From the NCBI GenBank assembly GCA_946536225.1, contig CAMNEE010000001.1, positions 333,484-397,483 of the forward strand: a DNA stretch of 64,000 nucleotides, written 5' to 3'. Made by a program: the position numbers and the translations under genes. The DNA is from an uncultured Bacillales bacterium (GTDB taxonomy: Bacteria; Bacillota_I; Bacilli_A; RF39; UBA660). Shown here piece by piece: positions 48,678 to 58,678 of this stretch; within the stretch, counting starts at the first letter, position 1, and each line of letters opens with the position of its first letter. Below the pieces are notes generated by a model that had not been told where the DNA came from, ran no database searches, and was given only the letters and a program-made list of their open reading frames with translations.

Positions 48678-51464
48678 ATGAGAAAGAAAAATGGATTTGT
48701 TTTAATCGAAACATTAATTGTAGTTTTATTATTAACAGTTACTTTGATGTCACTTTATTCTTCTTTTGCATATTTAGTTAATAAATCAAAAGAAAGAAAT
48801 AATCATGATTCAATAGAAACAATATATAAAACTTACTATGTTAAAAGTTTAATTGATGCAACTTATGCTACAGCTGCAACATCTCGTTTTAAAGAATCAT
48901 TTAGATATTATGCAAGTACATATTCTACAAATGATACTGGATTAAACCCAATATGTAAGGCATTCGATTATGCAGGTAATAAACTTTCTTATTCCAATTA
49001 TATAAGTAATTATGATTCAAGCGATAAGATAGCAAGTTTTATAGTTTGCTCATATGATGAATATAAAACTATTGCATCATATACAGAAGAAGAATTAAAT
49101 GCTAATCCTTCTTTAAAAGAAAAAGCAAAAATTATCAAGAATGATCCATTGTTTAATGCGATTGCTACATATGGAATTGAAAAAATGTATTATATAAATA
49201 CTAATAGATTACAAAAGAGCCAAGGTATGGCTAAAGAAGCTTTAAATGCTGCATTTGATGCATCATCTATTAATTATGTAAATACACTAGATAGTAATGA
49301 AAATAATGACAAACTTATTATTAAATATGAAAAACCATTTGTTTATCCAGCAGGTTTTGATACTACTGATTTAGAGCTACTTATAAGTAAAGAAGCCTCT
49401 CATTCATCTGTATCTATGACAGATGTAAGTAAAAAAGAAGGCTCTTATCCAGTTTTCTTCTATCCTAAAGAAGGAGAAAGAGGAGAAGCGTTCTCGGGTG
49501 GAGATGTCTTCAATGGTGAGTCATTTACAGTTAGCGCCGGATTATTTACAGATTTAGAGGAATTTGGTGGTAAAACAATTATTGGATGGTCAACTAAGTC
49601 AGGTCTTACAGCTGATGAATTAAATACTTGCGTTGAGAGTACAAATAATGGTACTGCAACTGAAGTTCTATGTTATTATGCTAATACAAGTGTAAAAGCA
49701 ACAGATAATAATAGAACACTTTATGCTGTTTGGTGTGGTGATAATACTATTGATGGTATTATGAAATGTAATTCAGGAGTACTTGATAATTTAAAAGAAA
49801 CTGTTGTTGATGGTGTTACAACTTATTATTATGATGGAAAAAATAGTAATAAACCATTAGGAAACTATTATGTTTATACAGAAAGCAAAGTTAATGGTGA
49901 ACCAAAGCTTGTTGGTCAACCATGCTTCCAATTAATGAGTAATTTTGGATCTTCAACAGGGTTTAAAGCTATATATGCTGGTTTATATGATTCTGCCACG
50001 GGATGTGATGTTACAAATAAATCTATAAATAATTCAAGTTATGCTTTTTCTAATGCTACTGGTATTGCAGGTGCTGGATATACATATTATAGAGATAGTA
50101 AAAGAATAGAAGCACCAATGGATTATTGGTCATTTTTAAGATCGTTCAATATTTATAAATATACTGGTAGTATGTATGCTAATTCTTCAGATGCTCCTTT
50201 AAAACTTGGCGAATATGTATATTTATCCAAAGGTTATAAAAATAAGAATGGAGTTTTTTCGTTAGATGATACTGCCGTTAGGGTATTATTTGATGATTAC
50301 TTAACAAATGATTATAAAGATTTAATTAATATGATTTCGTCTCAAGGTTTAAAATATTTTTGCATGGATTCGTCTAAAACTGAGTGTGGTAATGAAATTG
50401 CTCGATTAAATGGTTCTATTACAACCCAATCTACTGGTGGTAAACTAATTATAAAATATAATTATGACTCATTTAAACAACCTTTTGATCCTAACAGCAT
50501 GTCAAAATATAAAAGTCAGTTTTCATCAGAAATAAGATATGATAGTGAAAAAGGACAATATTACTTGCCAGCGGAAACTAGTGTAATATATTCTATGACC
50601 GATGCTCAAACACCAAGTAAAATGTTTAAAAATAGGTATTATTGTACTGGTAAATTAGTATCAGATGATGCTGGTGTTACTAATTTATATTGTAATAATG
50701 GTTATACGTTTATTTTTGGTATGTCTAGTAGTGGTACTGGAACTTCATACTATAGAATAATTTACAGTAATAGTGACTCTCCTGAGTCTACTCCTCCAAA
50801 TTTATTTAATTATACATTTGGTTCGGTTGAACAAAGAACAAAGGATTCAAATGCAAAAGCAGCTATTGATAAATGGTTTGAAAAATATTTTTCTCATTAT
50901 GACGAAATACTTGATACAAAGGCTGTTTATTGTAATGACTTTTCACCTAAAGTATATTCATATGGCAATTCAGAATATAGTTGGTATAATGGTTTTACTA
51001 ATAGTTATTTCTACTATAATGGTTCGACTGATATTTATTCTCCACAAAATTCCGATAAATTTTACTATGGCGCTAATAATGAGAAGAGGTTTAGTCAGTT
51101 TACTGCGTGTGATACTCAATATGCCTATAGTTATAAGGATAGTGATAATCTAGGTAATCATTTGCTTAAATATCCTGTTGGTATGCTTACTGGGCAAGAA
51201 TATTTTGCTGTTGGAGCTTCTACTAAGAATTATTTGAGTGACTCATCAACGTATTTTTTAATGAATCCTTACCGTTATGGTTCGTCAAGTGGTTCTATTT
51301 ATGGACATTTAACTCTTGATAGTCGCGAATATAGTTTAGGTATTGATTATTGGAACACAAATAGTTCTTATTGGTTAAGACCAGTTATATCTATAAAAAT
51401 TGATGCTCCAATTTCAGGTGGTGCAGGAACTGTTAAAGATCCATTTATTTTATATGGTAAATAG
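48678..51464 (+). CDS. Giant modular type IV prepilin-like protein (928 aa)
   Basis: 'MRKKNG|FVLIETLIVVLLLTVTLM' has F+1 and E+5, a canonical prepilin peptidase site. A Ser/Thr/Tyr-rich beta-type extracellular region follows. Confidence 0.7.
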   Translation: MRKKNGFVLIETLIVVLLLTVTLMSLYSSFAYLVNKSKERNNHDSIETIYKTYYVKSLIDATYATAATSRFKESFRYYASTYSTNDTGLNPICKAFDYAGNKLSYSNYISNYDSSDKIASFIVCSYDEYKTIASYTEEELNANPSLKEKAKIIKNDPLFNAIATYGIEKMYYINTNRLQKSQGMAKEALNAAFDASSINYVNTLDSNENNDKLIIKYEKPFVYPAGFDTTDLELLISKEASHSSVSMTDVSKKEGSYPVFFYPKEGERGEAFSGGDVFNGESFTVSAGLFTDLEEFGGKTIIGWSTKSGLTADELNTCVESTNNGTATEVLCYYANTSVKATDNNRTLYAVWCGDNTIDGIMKCNSGVLDNLKETVVDGVTTYYYDGKNSNKPLGNYYVYTESKVNGEPKLVGQPCFQLMSNFGSSTGFKAIYAGLYDSATGCDVTNKSINNSSYAFSNATGIAGAGYTYYRDSKRIEAPMDYWSFLRSFNIYKYTGSMYANSSDAPLKLGEYVYLSKGYKNKNGVFSLDDTAVRVLFDDYLTNDYKDLINMISSQGLKYFCMDSSKTECGNEIARLNGSITTQSTGGKLIIKYNYDSFKQPFDPNSMSKYKSQFSSEIRYDSEKGQYYLPAETSVIYSMTDAQTPSKMFKNRYYCTGKLVSDDAGVTNLYCNNGYTFIFGMSSSGTGTSYYRIIYSNSDSPESTPPNLFNYTFGSVEQRTKDSNAKAAIDKWFEKYFSHYDEILDTKAVYCNDFSPKVYSYGNSEYSWYNGFTNSYFYYNGSTDIYSPQNSDKFYYGANNEKRFSQFTACDTQYAYSYKDSDNLGNHLLKYPVGMLTGQEYFAVGASTKNYLSDSSTYFLMNPYRYGSSSGSIYGHLTLDSREYSLGIDYWNTNSSYWLRPVISIKIDAPISGGAGTVKDPFILYGK

Positions 51465-51478
51465 AAAGGACAAATAAT

Positions 51479-54400
51479 ATGAAAAGAAATTATAATCAAT
51501 CTGGTATGACTATTATTGAAGTATTAGTAAGTGTAATAATTATTTCATTTGTAATGAGCTTATTATTTGTTCTTCTATTACAAGTACAAAATGCTAATAG
51601 TGCTGCTAAGAAGAAATCAAATCTTTTGATTTCTCAAGCAGTAATTACTAAAGCAATTGAGCAAGATATGATTGAAATAGGTGTTAGTGCTGTTTCAGCA
51701 TGTACATATGATGATTTTAATATGTTTAGTAATCAGATTGATGAAAGCGAACCATATGCTTGTGCTAGGTTAGAGTTTAATAAATCATATGATATTAATG
51801 ATTTGGGTTACATCATGGTTTATAAGCAAAATGAAAATGCTTATGATAATGCCACTTGGGTAGTTAAATATGCAAGAGGTTATTATGATAACTGTGTTAT
51901 GGGAAATTCACCAAGTGATGGTAGTTCTTGGATTGAGTCATATAGTGTTGTTCAAAAACTTAATAATGATGTAACACTTGGTAGTTTTGTTGATAGAGTT
52001 ACAGGTAAAACTAGATATGTTTCTCTTAATTATTCAGCAGAATATGATCCTACTGAAAAGTATAGTAGACAAAAAGTTAATTCTGCTAATATAGTTATTC
52101 CTATTGTTGATAGTAATAATTATCACTATGATATAGATTTATCTTTCTCATTTAGATTATATTACCCAGATGAGACTGATCCTTCTAAAGCAAAACAAAG
52201 AATAGATTTTGTTTGCGATGACGAGGGAGTTGATTGTGTATGTACTTCTTCTAAGGATGAAAATTGTAATAAAACATATTCATCAAATCTTCCTGGAAGA
52301 ACAAAAAGTGAAACAGATAAGACATATAATTACACTTGTACTGCAACTAAGAAGTCTGTTTCTACTTCAATGGGAATTAACAAAGATTTCTTGACATTAA
52401 GTAATGTTAATAAGGCAGGTATTGTGCCAGATAATGTTAGAAAAATTACGTTTAGTAATTCGTTGGACTCTAATGGGTTTGGTGGATATGGTATAGATGT
52501 ATCTCTTGCTCAAAACAAGACATCTATTTTATATTACGAATTTGACGATAATACAGATACATACGATATAATGATTGGTCAATCTGGTGGCGTTACTGTT
52601 GCTGGTAAGAGCATGGCTAACATGTTTGCTGATTGTATAAGGTTAGAATCCATTAATTTTAAAAATTTTAGTTCCAATGGAATTGAAGATATGAAGAATT
52701 TATTTAAAAATTGTGAAAAACTTACTAATGATGGTATAGACGGATTTTTAAATCTAAATTTCGATGGTGTAAGAAAAATGTCTGCTATGTTTAAGGGATG
52801 TAAACGTATTACTGTATCTCCATTTAGACAATCATCTGGTGATGCATTTAATTTAAGTAGTTTAGTGGATGCTTTTGAAATGTTTTCTAATAGTGGATTA
52901 ACTGAGTTTATTTATTATAAGGATTTGTGGTGTGATAATGTTACATCATTCTTACGTTTGCTTAGTGATTCAAATATACAAACTGTTGTAATTGGAGATA
53001 TTTCTCGTAGTGTTTCTATGAATAATTTGAATTCTATGGCGCATATGCTTGATAATTGTAATAGTTTGACAACATTTAAACTTATTAATTGTAATTTTCC
53101 AGCTTTAAATACTATTGAAAGAATTTGTTTTCATGTAAGCTCATCCAATGTTTCGGTTATGAGTGCCTTAGGAACATATAATTCTGAAACACATGTATAT
53201 TCTGGTGGTGGAATGCAATTTGTAAATTTATACACTCCTAATTTGGAAAATCTTTCTTATGCATTTTACTATGAAAAAATTAATTCAAGTTTGAATATTA
53301 GTAATTGGACGATTGTAAATAATTATAATGCTGACCATATGTTTTTTGGAGCAGGTTTAACAGCGTTTTCATTTGGCGATGATGCGTTTGGAACAGAAGG
53401 ATATGGTGGTCCATACAATGGCTCTTATATGTTTTATAATTGTAGTATAAAGAAATTAATTAATAATGATACAAGAGAATCGGTATTAATTCATGCTAAT
53501 TATATGTTTTATTATAATTATTTGGATACTATTGATGGTGGTTTTTATTTACCAAATGTAGTTGATTGCACTTCTATGTTTAGTACAGCAGGACCTTCTT
53601 CCAAGGCTGTATTTAACTATATTAAAGAAGGATCTTTATCCAAGTGTGAAAAGTTTACTAATATGTTTTTGGCTACACGTTATCAGGTTATTTATTTAGA
53701 CAATATTAATAGTGAAGTAACCGAAGGTACTGTTTCATGTGTTAATATGTTTGCTGCTGGTAGTTCGAGTGGTAAAAACACTTTGAAAAATGTTTATATG
53801 AGAAATGCTAATTTTAAAACGAGAGTTTCTATGTCTTCAATGTTTGCATATAATTGGTCACTTAGATTTGTTGACTTTGACTATGTTAAAGGGGACTGGG
53901 ATAATAACAAGTATTATGACGGAACATATACATATTATGGAATGGATACTCCTGATACTAGTGATGATACAAATATTGATCATATAGGAAATTTTGAAAA
54001 TTTCTTTGATAAAGATTCCTCGGCGGCTATACCGGGTTCTATGGAAAAAATGTTTTTTAACTGTTCTTCTTTAAGGGGACTTCCAGACAATTTCTTTAGC
54101 ACGATGAATATAAAGAGTGTATCTAACTGTACCGCCATGTTTGAATATGCTGGTGTTGAAGCAATTTTAGGTGGTATAAGAAATAAATTTGGAGTATTAT
54201 TAGATTTTGATTTTAATTCAAATCCTGTTTTACCTTATATGTTTCATGGTGTTGATAATTTCTCTTATATTAAATTACCAAAATTAACTAAGTCTACTAA
54301 TCTCGTAGATATGTTTAATAATGTTGGAGGTAATAGTGATCGTATAACAGATTTAACCATTGATTTATCTTCTTTAACAACTAATCTTGATACTTTTATT

Positions 54401-54562
54401 TCTACAGGATTTAGTGGAAAAGGACAAGTACCAATTAAGATTATTACTAAAGCAAATCAAACAGTAGCTTGTAGCGTTTATAATACTCTTAAGAGTAAAT
54501 ATCCAAGTGTAACTGTTACATATACAGATGGTGTTACTGTCTTAGATCCAACAAAATGCTAA
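51479..54562 (+). CDS. Giant modular type IV prepilin-like protein (1027 aa) with C-terminal DUF285-like 'MF..C..L' repeat domain
   Basis: 'MKRNYNQSG|MTIIEVLVSVIIISF' has M+1 and E+5. From aa ~380 there are ≥8 repeats of the form 'MFADCIRLESINF', 'MFKGCKRIT', 'MLDNCNSLTTF', 'MFYNCSIKKL', 'MFFNCSSLRGL' and 'MFEYAGVEA'. Confidence 0.7.
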   Translation: MKRNYNQSGMTIIEVLVSVIIISFVMSLLFVLLLQVQNANSAAKKKSNLLISQAVITKAIEQDMIEIGVSAVSACTYDDFNMFSNQIDESEPYACARLEFNKSYDINDLGYIMVYKQNENAYDNATWVVKYARGYYDNCVMGNSPSDGSSWIESYSVVQKLNNDVTLGSFVDRVTGKTRYVSLNYSAEYDPTEKYSRQKVNSANIVIPIVDSNNYHYDIDLSFSFRLYYPDETDPSKAKQRIDFVCDDEGVDCVCTSSKDENCNKTYSSNLPGRTKSETDKTYNYTCTATKKSVSTSMGINKDFLTLSNVNKAGIVPDNVRKITFSNSLDSNGFGGYGIDVSLAQNKTSILYYEFDDNTDTYDIMIGQSGGVTVAGKSMANMFADCIRLESINFKNFSSNGIEDMKNLFKNCEKLTNDGIDGFLNLNFDGVRKMSAMFKGCKRITVSPFRQSSGDAFNLSSLVDAFEMFSNSGLTEFIYYKDLWCDNVTSFLRLLSDSNIQTVVIGDISRSVSMNNLNSMAHMLDNCNSLTTFKLINCNFPALNTIERICFHVSSSNVSVMSALGTYNSETHVYSGGGMQFVNLYTPNLENLSYAFYYEKINSSLNISNWTIVNNYNADHMFFGAGLTAFSFGDDAFGTEGYGGPYNGSYMFYNCSIKKLINNDTRESVLIHANYMFYYNYLDTIDGGFYLPNVVDCTSMFSTAGPSSKAVFNYIKEGSLSKCEKFTNMFLATRYQVIYLDNINSEVTEGTVSCVNMFAAGSSSGKNTLKNVYMRNANFKTRVSMSSMFAYNWSLRFVDFDYVKGDWDNNKYYDGTYTYYGMDTPDTSDDTNIDHIGNFENFFDKDSSAAIPGSMEKMFFNCSSLRGLPDNFFSTMNIKSVSNCTAMFEYAGVEAILGGIRNKFGVLLDFDFNSNPVLPYMFHGVDNFSYIKLPKLTKSTNLVDMFNNVGGNSDRITDLTIDLSSLTTNLDTFISTGFSGKGQVPIKIITKANQTVACSVYNTLKSKYPSVTVTYTDGVTVLDPTKC

Positions 54563-54581
54563 TTTATATTAGCATTTTTTT
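54554..54581 (+). terminator. Rho-independent terminator after pilin operon
   Basis: aaatgctaat-ttat-attagcattt followed by T-run. Confidence 0.7.
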
Positions 54582-54610
54582 ATGTTATAATTCTTTTTAT
54601 GGTGAGGAAG

Positions 54611-55612
54611 ATGAAAGTATTTATTAATTACTTATTAAATATATTTAAGAAGAATTTTATTAGTATTATTTTTCTTATATTTATTATATGTGTTATATAT
54701 ATAAAAGTACCTTATACAGTATATTGTCCAGGTGGAACTATTAATATAGAAGAACGCCTTAGTAATCCTGTTTATAAGAGTAAAGGTTCTATTAATTTAA
54801 CATATGTTAGTACTTTAGATGGAAATTTAGTTACATACCTTTTAGGTTTAATTTTACCTAATTGGGATTTAGTTAAAAATGAAGAAAGACTTATGATAGA
54901 TGAAGATATGGAAGAGTTAACTTTAAGAGAAACTATATCTTTATATGAGTCTATTTCTAATGCTACATATAATGCTTATGGTGCTGCTGGAATAGATGTA
55001 AATATAACAAGTAAAAATTTTTATGTTTATTATATTTTAAAAGAAAGGGCCGAAACTACTTTAAAAATAGGAGATAGAATTATTAGTTATGATGGCGTTA
55101 ACTATGATGAACAAACTAATCTTTTAGAATACATTAGTAAAAAGAATGTTGGAGATAAAATAAACTTTAAAGTAGATAGATTTGGTAAGAACGTAGATAC
55201 ATATGCTGTTGTTAAAGAAATAGAAGGTAGAAAAATAATAGGTATAGTAATTGATACTATATTTAATTATGATAATAAACCTGATGTTAAATATAGTTAT
55301 CATGAAAGTGAAATAGGTTCTTCTGGTGGGTTAATGCTTTCTTTATCAATTTATAATGCTTTAGTAGAGAAAGACATTACAAAAGGACGTAAGATAAGTG
55401 GAACAGGTACAATTGATTTAGATGGTAATGTTGGTCCAATTGGAGGAGTAACTTATAAAATAAAAGGAGCTGTAGATGGTAAAAGTGATATATTTATAGT
55501 TCCAAGTGAAAACTTCAAGGAAGCAAAAGACTATATAAAGAAGAAAAAATATAAAATTAAATTAATAAAAGCAGAAAACTTTAAACAAGTGTTAGATAGT
55601 CTTGATAAGTAG
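54611..55612 (+). CDS. YlbL-like membrane-anchored PDZ/Lon-S16 peptidase
   Basis: N-terminal TM helix. Lon proteolytic-domain motifs 'SGGLMLSLSIYNAL' (catalytic Ser) and 'GTGTIDLDGNVGPIGGVTYKIKGA...IFIVPSEN'. ATG 54611 follows GGTGAGGAAG. Confidence 0.7.
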   Translation: MKVFINYLLNIFKKNFISIIFLIFIICVIYIKVPYTVYCPGGTINIEERLSNPVYKSKGSINLTYVSTLDGNLVTYLLGLILPNWDLVKNEERLMIDEDMEELTLRETISLYESISNATYNAYGAAGIDVNITSKNFYVYYILKERAETTLKIGDRIISYDGVNYDEQTNLLEYISKKNVGDKINFKVDRFGKNVDTYAVVKEIEGRKIIGIVIDTIFNYDNKPDVKYSYHESEIGSSGGLMLSLSIYNALVEKDITKGRKISGTGTIDLDGNVGPIGGVTYKIKGAVDGKSDIFIVPSENFKEAKDYIKKKKYKIKLIKAENFKQVLDSLDK

Positions 55613-55621
55613 GAGGGTATT

Positions 55622-55822
55622 ATGAATAAAGAAAATAAAAGTGGTAATTTAGATTTATCTAAAATAAATGCCGAAGATTTTCAAAAGGAAATTGAAGATA
55701 TAAGAAAAAAGTTAGACTTTAGTAATATTATAAATGATATAGATAAATATTTAACTAAGTTAGAAATAGAACAAGGTATAAAAGATAAAGATGGTAATAT
55801 TATAAAGAAAGAGGAAAAGTAA
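55622..55822 (+). CDS. Small hypothetical protein (66 aa)
   Basis: Strong RBS AGGAGGG 6 nt upstream. Charged, helical composition. Confidence 0.4.
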   Translation: MNKENKSGNLDLSKINAEDFQKEIEDIRKKLDFSNIINDIDKYLTKLEIEQGIKDKDGNIIKKEEK

Positions 55823-55879
55823 ACTTTTCCTTTTTTGATTTTTAAAAAAATTGTATAATAGTTAATACAGGTGATAAAA

Positions 55880-58426
55880 GTGAATAGAAAAGATGTAAAT
55901 AGAAGTGAACTATCTCCAATGATGCAACAATTATTAGAGATTCATGATAGATATGATGATTGCATATTGTTTTCAAGAATTGGAGACTTTTATGAAGTAT
56001 TTTTTGAGGAAGCAGAATTAGTATCTCGTGAATGTGAACTTACTTTAACTGGTAAGAATGCAGGATTAAAAGAGAGAATTCCTATGTGTGGTGTTCCTCA
56101 TCATGCTGTTAAAACTTATATAGAAAAACTTGTTAATAAAGGTTATAAGGTTGCTATATGTGAGCAGTTAGAAGACCCTAAGCAAGCTAAAGGTATGGTT
56201 AAAAGAGATGTAATTGAAGTAGTTACTAAAGGCACTATGGTAGATCTTGAATACTTAAATGAAAGAGACTTTAACTATATAGGTGGCTTAATAGATTATA
56301 ATTATATTTATTTACTTACTTATATAGATTTATCTACTGGAGAAGTTAATTCACTTTATATTAATCACGATAATGATTCACTTACTAAAGAACTTATTAA
56401 TTTAAATATTAAAGAAGTAATAGTACAAAAAGAGTTTCCTTTAGAAATACTTAATACACTTATAAATAACTATGGTCTTAATTTATCTATAAGTGAAGAT
56501 GTGTTAGAAGATGATTATAAGAGTATATATGAAGATGTAGAAGATGATAGAGTAATATATGGTATTAAACATATTCTTTATTATTTAAGAGTTAAAGAAT
56601 TAAAAGAATTAAGTCATCTAGGACATGTTAATGAAATTAAGAAAGATGATTATATGGACATGGATGTCCATACAATAAGAAACTTAGAGTTAATAGAAAC
56701 TTTAAGACTAAAGGACAGAAAATATTCTCTTATATGGTTACTTGATAAAACTAAAACTGCCATGGGTGCAAGAACTTTAAAGAATTGGTTAATGAATCCA
56801 TTAAAAGATATTGATCAAATTAATAAGAGATATGAAAAAATAGAAAAACTAAATAATGAATTCTTACTAAGAGAAGAGTTATCAAGAGATCTTTATGAAA
56901 TATATGACCTTGAAAGATTATGTGGTAAAGTTTCTTGTGGTGGCTTAAATGCAAGAGATGTATTACAAATTAAAAGAAGTTTAAAAGTATTACCAGATAT
57001 TAATAGGATATTAAAAGAATTAGGATTTGAATACACGATTGATGAACATGGAGAACTATATAGTTTACTTGAAAAAAGTATATATGAAGAACCACCTATT
57101 ACTATTAAAGAAGGATATTTAATTAAAGAAGGATATAATAAAGAATTAGATGAACTTAAGACAATAAGAAAAGGTGGAAAAGATTTTATTTCTGCAATCG
57201 AAAAAGAAGAAAAAGAAAGAACAGGAATAAATAACTTAAAAGTAGGTTATAACAAGGTATTTGGTTACTATATAGAAGTAACAAAAGGACAAATTGCTAA
57301 TATACCAGAGGATGCACATTGGGAGAGAAGACAAACTTTAACTGGTGCAGAAAGATTTATTACTCCTGAATTAAAAGAAAAAGAAGCTTTAGTATTAAAT
57401 GCTGAAGAAAGAATAGTAGAGTTAGAATATAACTTATTTAATGAAATAAGAGATATTCTTAAAAACAATGTAGCTAAACTTAAAAACACTGCAAAGATAA
57501 TTGCAGAAGTGGATGTATATGTTTCTTTATCTAGAGTAAGTGAAGAATATCATTTAGTAAGACCTACACTAACTAAAGAAAGATCTCTTGATATTGTTGA
57601 AGGACGTCATCCTGTTGTTGAGGTTGTAAGTGGTAATGGTTATGTTAAGAATGATTGTAAGATGGATAGTAATATTAATACACTTCTTATAACTGGTCCT
57701 AATATGTCAGGTAAGAGTACTTATATGAGACAGTTAGCTATTATTGTTATTATGGCTCAAATGGGTTCTTTTGTACCTGCAACAAGTGCAACACTTCCTA
57801 TTTTTGATAAGATATTTACAAGAATTGGGGCATCAGATGACTTAGTAAGTGGAGAGTCTACTTTCATGGTAGAAATGCTTGAAGCTAATAATGCTATTAA
57901 GAATGCTACAAGTGAATCATTAATATTATTTGATGAACTAGGAAGAGGAACAAGTACTTATGATGGTATGAGTCTTGCAAGAGCTATCTTAGAGTATGTT
58001 ACAACAAAGATTAAATGTAAGACACTTTTCTCAACACATTATCATGAATTAACTGATCTAGATCAAAAGATAAGTGCTATTAAGAATGTACATGTTGAAG
58101 CAAGTGAACATGATGGTAATGTAGTATTCTTACATAAGTTAAGTGATGGTGCTGCAGATAAATCCTATGGTATACATGTAGCTAGGTTAGCAGGACTTCC
58201 AAGTGATTTATTAAAGTCAGCTGAAGAAATACTTAAAAAGTATGAAATAGGTGCTAAAAAGAATAAAGGTAATGTTTTAATAGAACAAATTGCAATGGAT
58301 TTTTCTCAAAGTGAAGGAAACAATGAATTAGAAGAATATATAAAAACAATTGATCCTATTAAAACAACACCAATGGAAGCAATTAATATATTATTTAAAA
58401 TTAAAGATATTTCTAATAAAAAATAG
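55880..58426 (+). CDS. mutS: DNA mismatch repair protein MutS
   Basis: 'PMMQQLLEIHDRYDDCILFSRIGDFYEVFF' is the mismatch-binding N-terminus. Walker A 'GPNMSGKST'. 851 aa. GTG 55880 lies 6 nt after AGGTGA. Confidence 0.9.
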   Translation: MNRKDVNRSELSPMMQQLLEIHDRYDDCILFSRIGDFYEVFFEEAELVSRECELTLTGKNAGLKERIPMCGVPHHAVKTYIEKLVNKGYKVAICEQLEDPKQAKGMVKRDVIEVVTKGTMVDLEYLNERDFNYIGGLIDYNYIYLLTYIDLSTGEVNSLYINHDNDSLTKELINLNIKEVIVQKEFPLEILNTLINNYGLNLSISEDVLEDDYKSIYEDVEDDRVIYGIKHILYYLRVKELKELSHLGHVNEIKKDDYMDMDVHTIRNLELIETLRLKDRKYSLIWLLDKTKTAMGARTLKNWLMNPLKDIDQINKRYEKIEKLNNEFLLREELSRDLYEIYDLERLCGKVSCGGLNARDVLQIKRSLKVLPDINRILKELGFEYTIDEHGELYSLLEKSIYEEPPITIKEGYLIKEGYNKELDELKTIRKGGKDFISAIEKEEKERTGINNLKVGYNKVFGYYIEVTKGQIANIPEDAHWERRQTLTGAERFITPELKEKEALVLNAEERIVELEYNLFNEIRDILKNNVAKLKNTAKIIAEVDVYVSLSRVSEEYHLVRPTLTKERSLDIVEGRHPVVEVVSGNGYVKNDCKMDSNINTLLITGPNMSGKSTYMRQLAIIVIMAQMGSFVPATSATLPIFDKIFTRIGASDDLVSGESTFMVEMLEANNAIKNATSESLILFDELGRGTSTYDGMSLARAILEYVTTKIKCKTLFSTHYHELTDLDQKISAIKNVHVEASEHDGNVVFLHKLSDGAADKSYGIHVARLAGLPSDLLKSAEEILKKYEIGAKKNKGNVLIEQIAMDFSQSEGNNELEEYIKTIDPIKTTPMEAINILFKIKDISNKK

Positions 58427-58465
58427 AAATATCTTTTTATTTATTATTAAACAAACGTGTGATAT

Positions 58466-58618
58466 ATGAATATTTTTAAAGATAATGTACTTAGTGAAAA
58501 AAGTAATATGCAAAAAATGCATATTGCAAATTCAGATAAACCTGTTGAATATTATAATCTAGATGTAATTTTAGCTGTTGGTTATAGAGTTAATTCTAGG
58601 AAAAGTATTATGTTTTAG
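58466..58618 (+). pseudogene. Remnant of a RhuM-family gene (50 codons only)
   Basis: Encodes '...KPVEYYNLDVILAVGYRVNSRKSIMF*'. The signature 'YNLD(V/I)I.SVGYRVNS' of RhuM-family (~330 aa) proteins is present, but only as a short fragment. Confidence 0.5.
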
Positions 58619-58678
58619 ATATAGATTTCAAGTAAAACGAACTTTTACCGCTAATAATAATATTAAGGAGAAGTTTAT

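Noticed and set aside
50773-53987. Plus-strand small ORFs at 50773-51153, 52209-52394 and 53805-53987
   Set aside because: Out-of-frame ORFs inside the giant pilin genes. Ile/Leu-rich products are expected from frame-shifted AT-rich codons.
47512-54562. Giant pilin-like proteins as ordinary signal-peptide surface proteins or sortase substrates
   Set aside because: There is no LPXTG-like C-terminal signal. The N-termini have a short basic leader ending in Gly followed by Phe/Met+1 and Glu+5. That is the prepilin peptidase signature, not a Sec signal-peptidase I site.
54611-55612. Second copy of Lon
   Set aside because: It has only the S16 proteolytic domain plus an N-terminal TM helix and a PDZ-like region, with no AAA+ module. 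This architecture is YlbL-like, not Lon.
55880-58426. Calling the strain a mismatch-repair-deficient mutator because mutL is not next to mutS
   Set aside because: Absence from a 64-kb window is not absence from the genome. mutS itself is intact.
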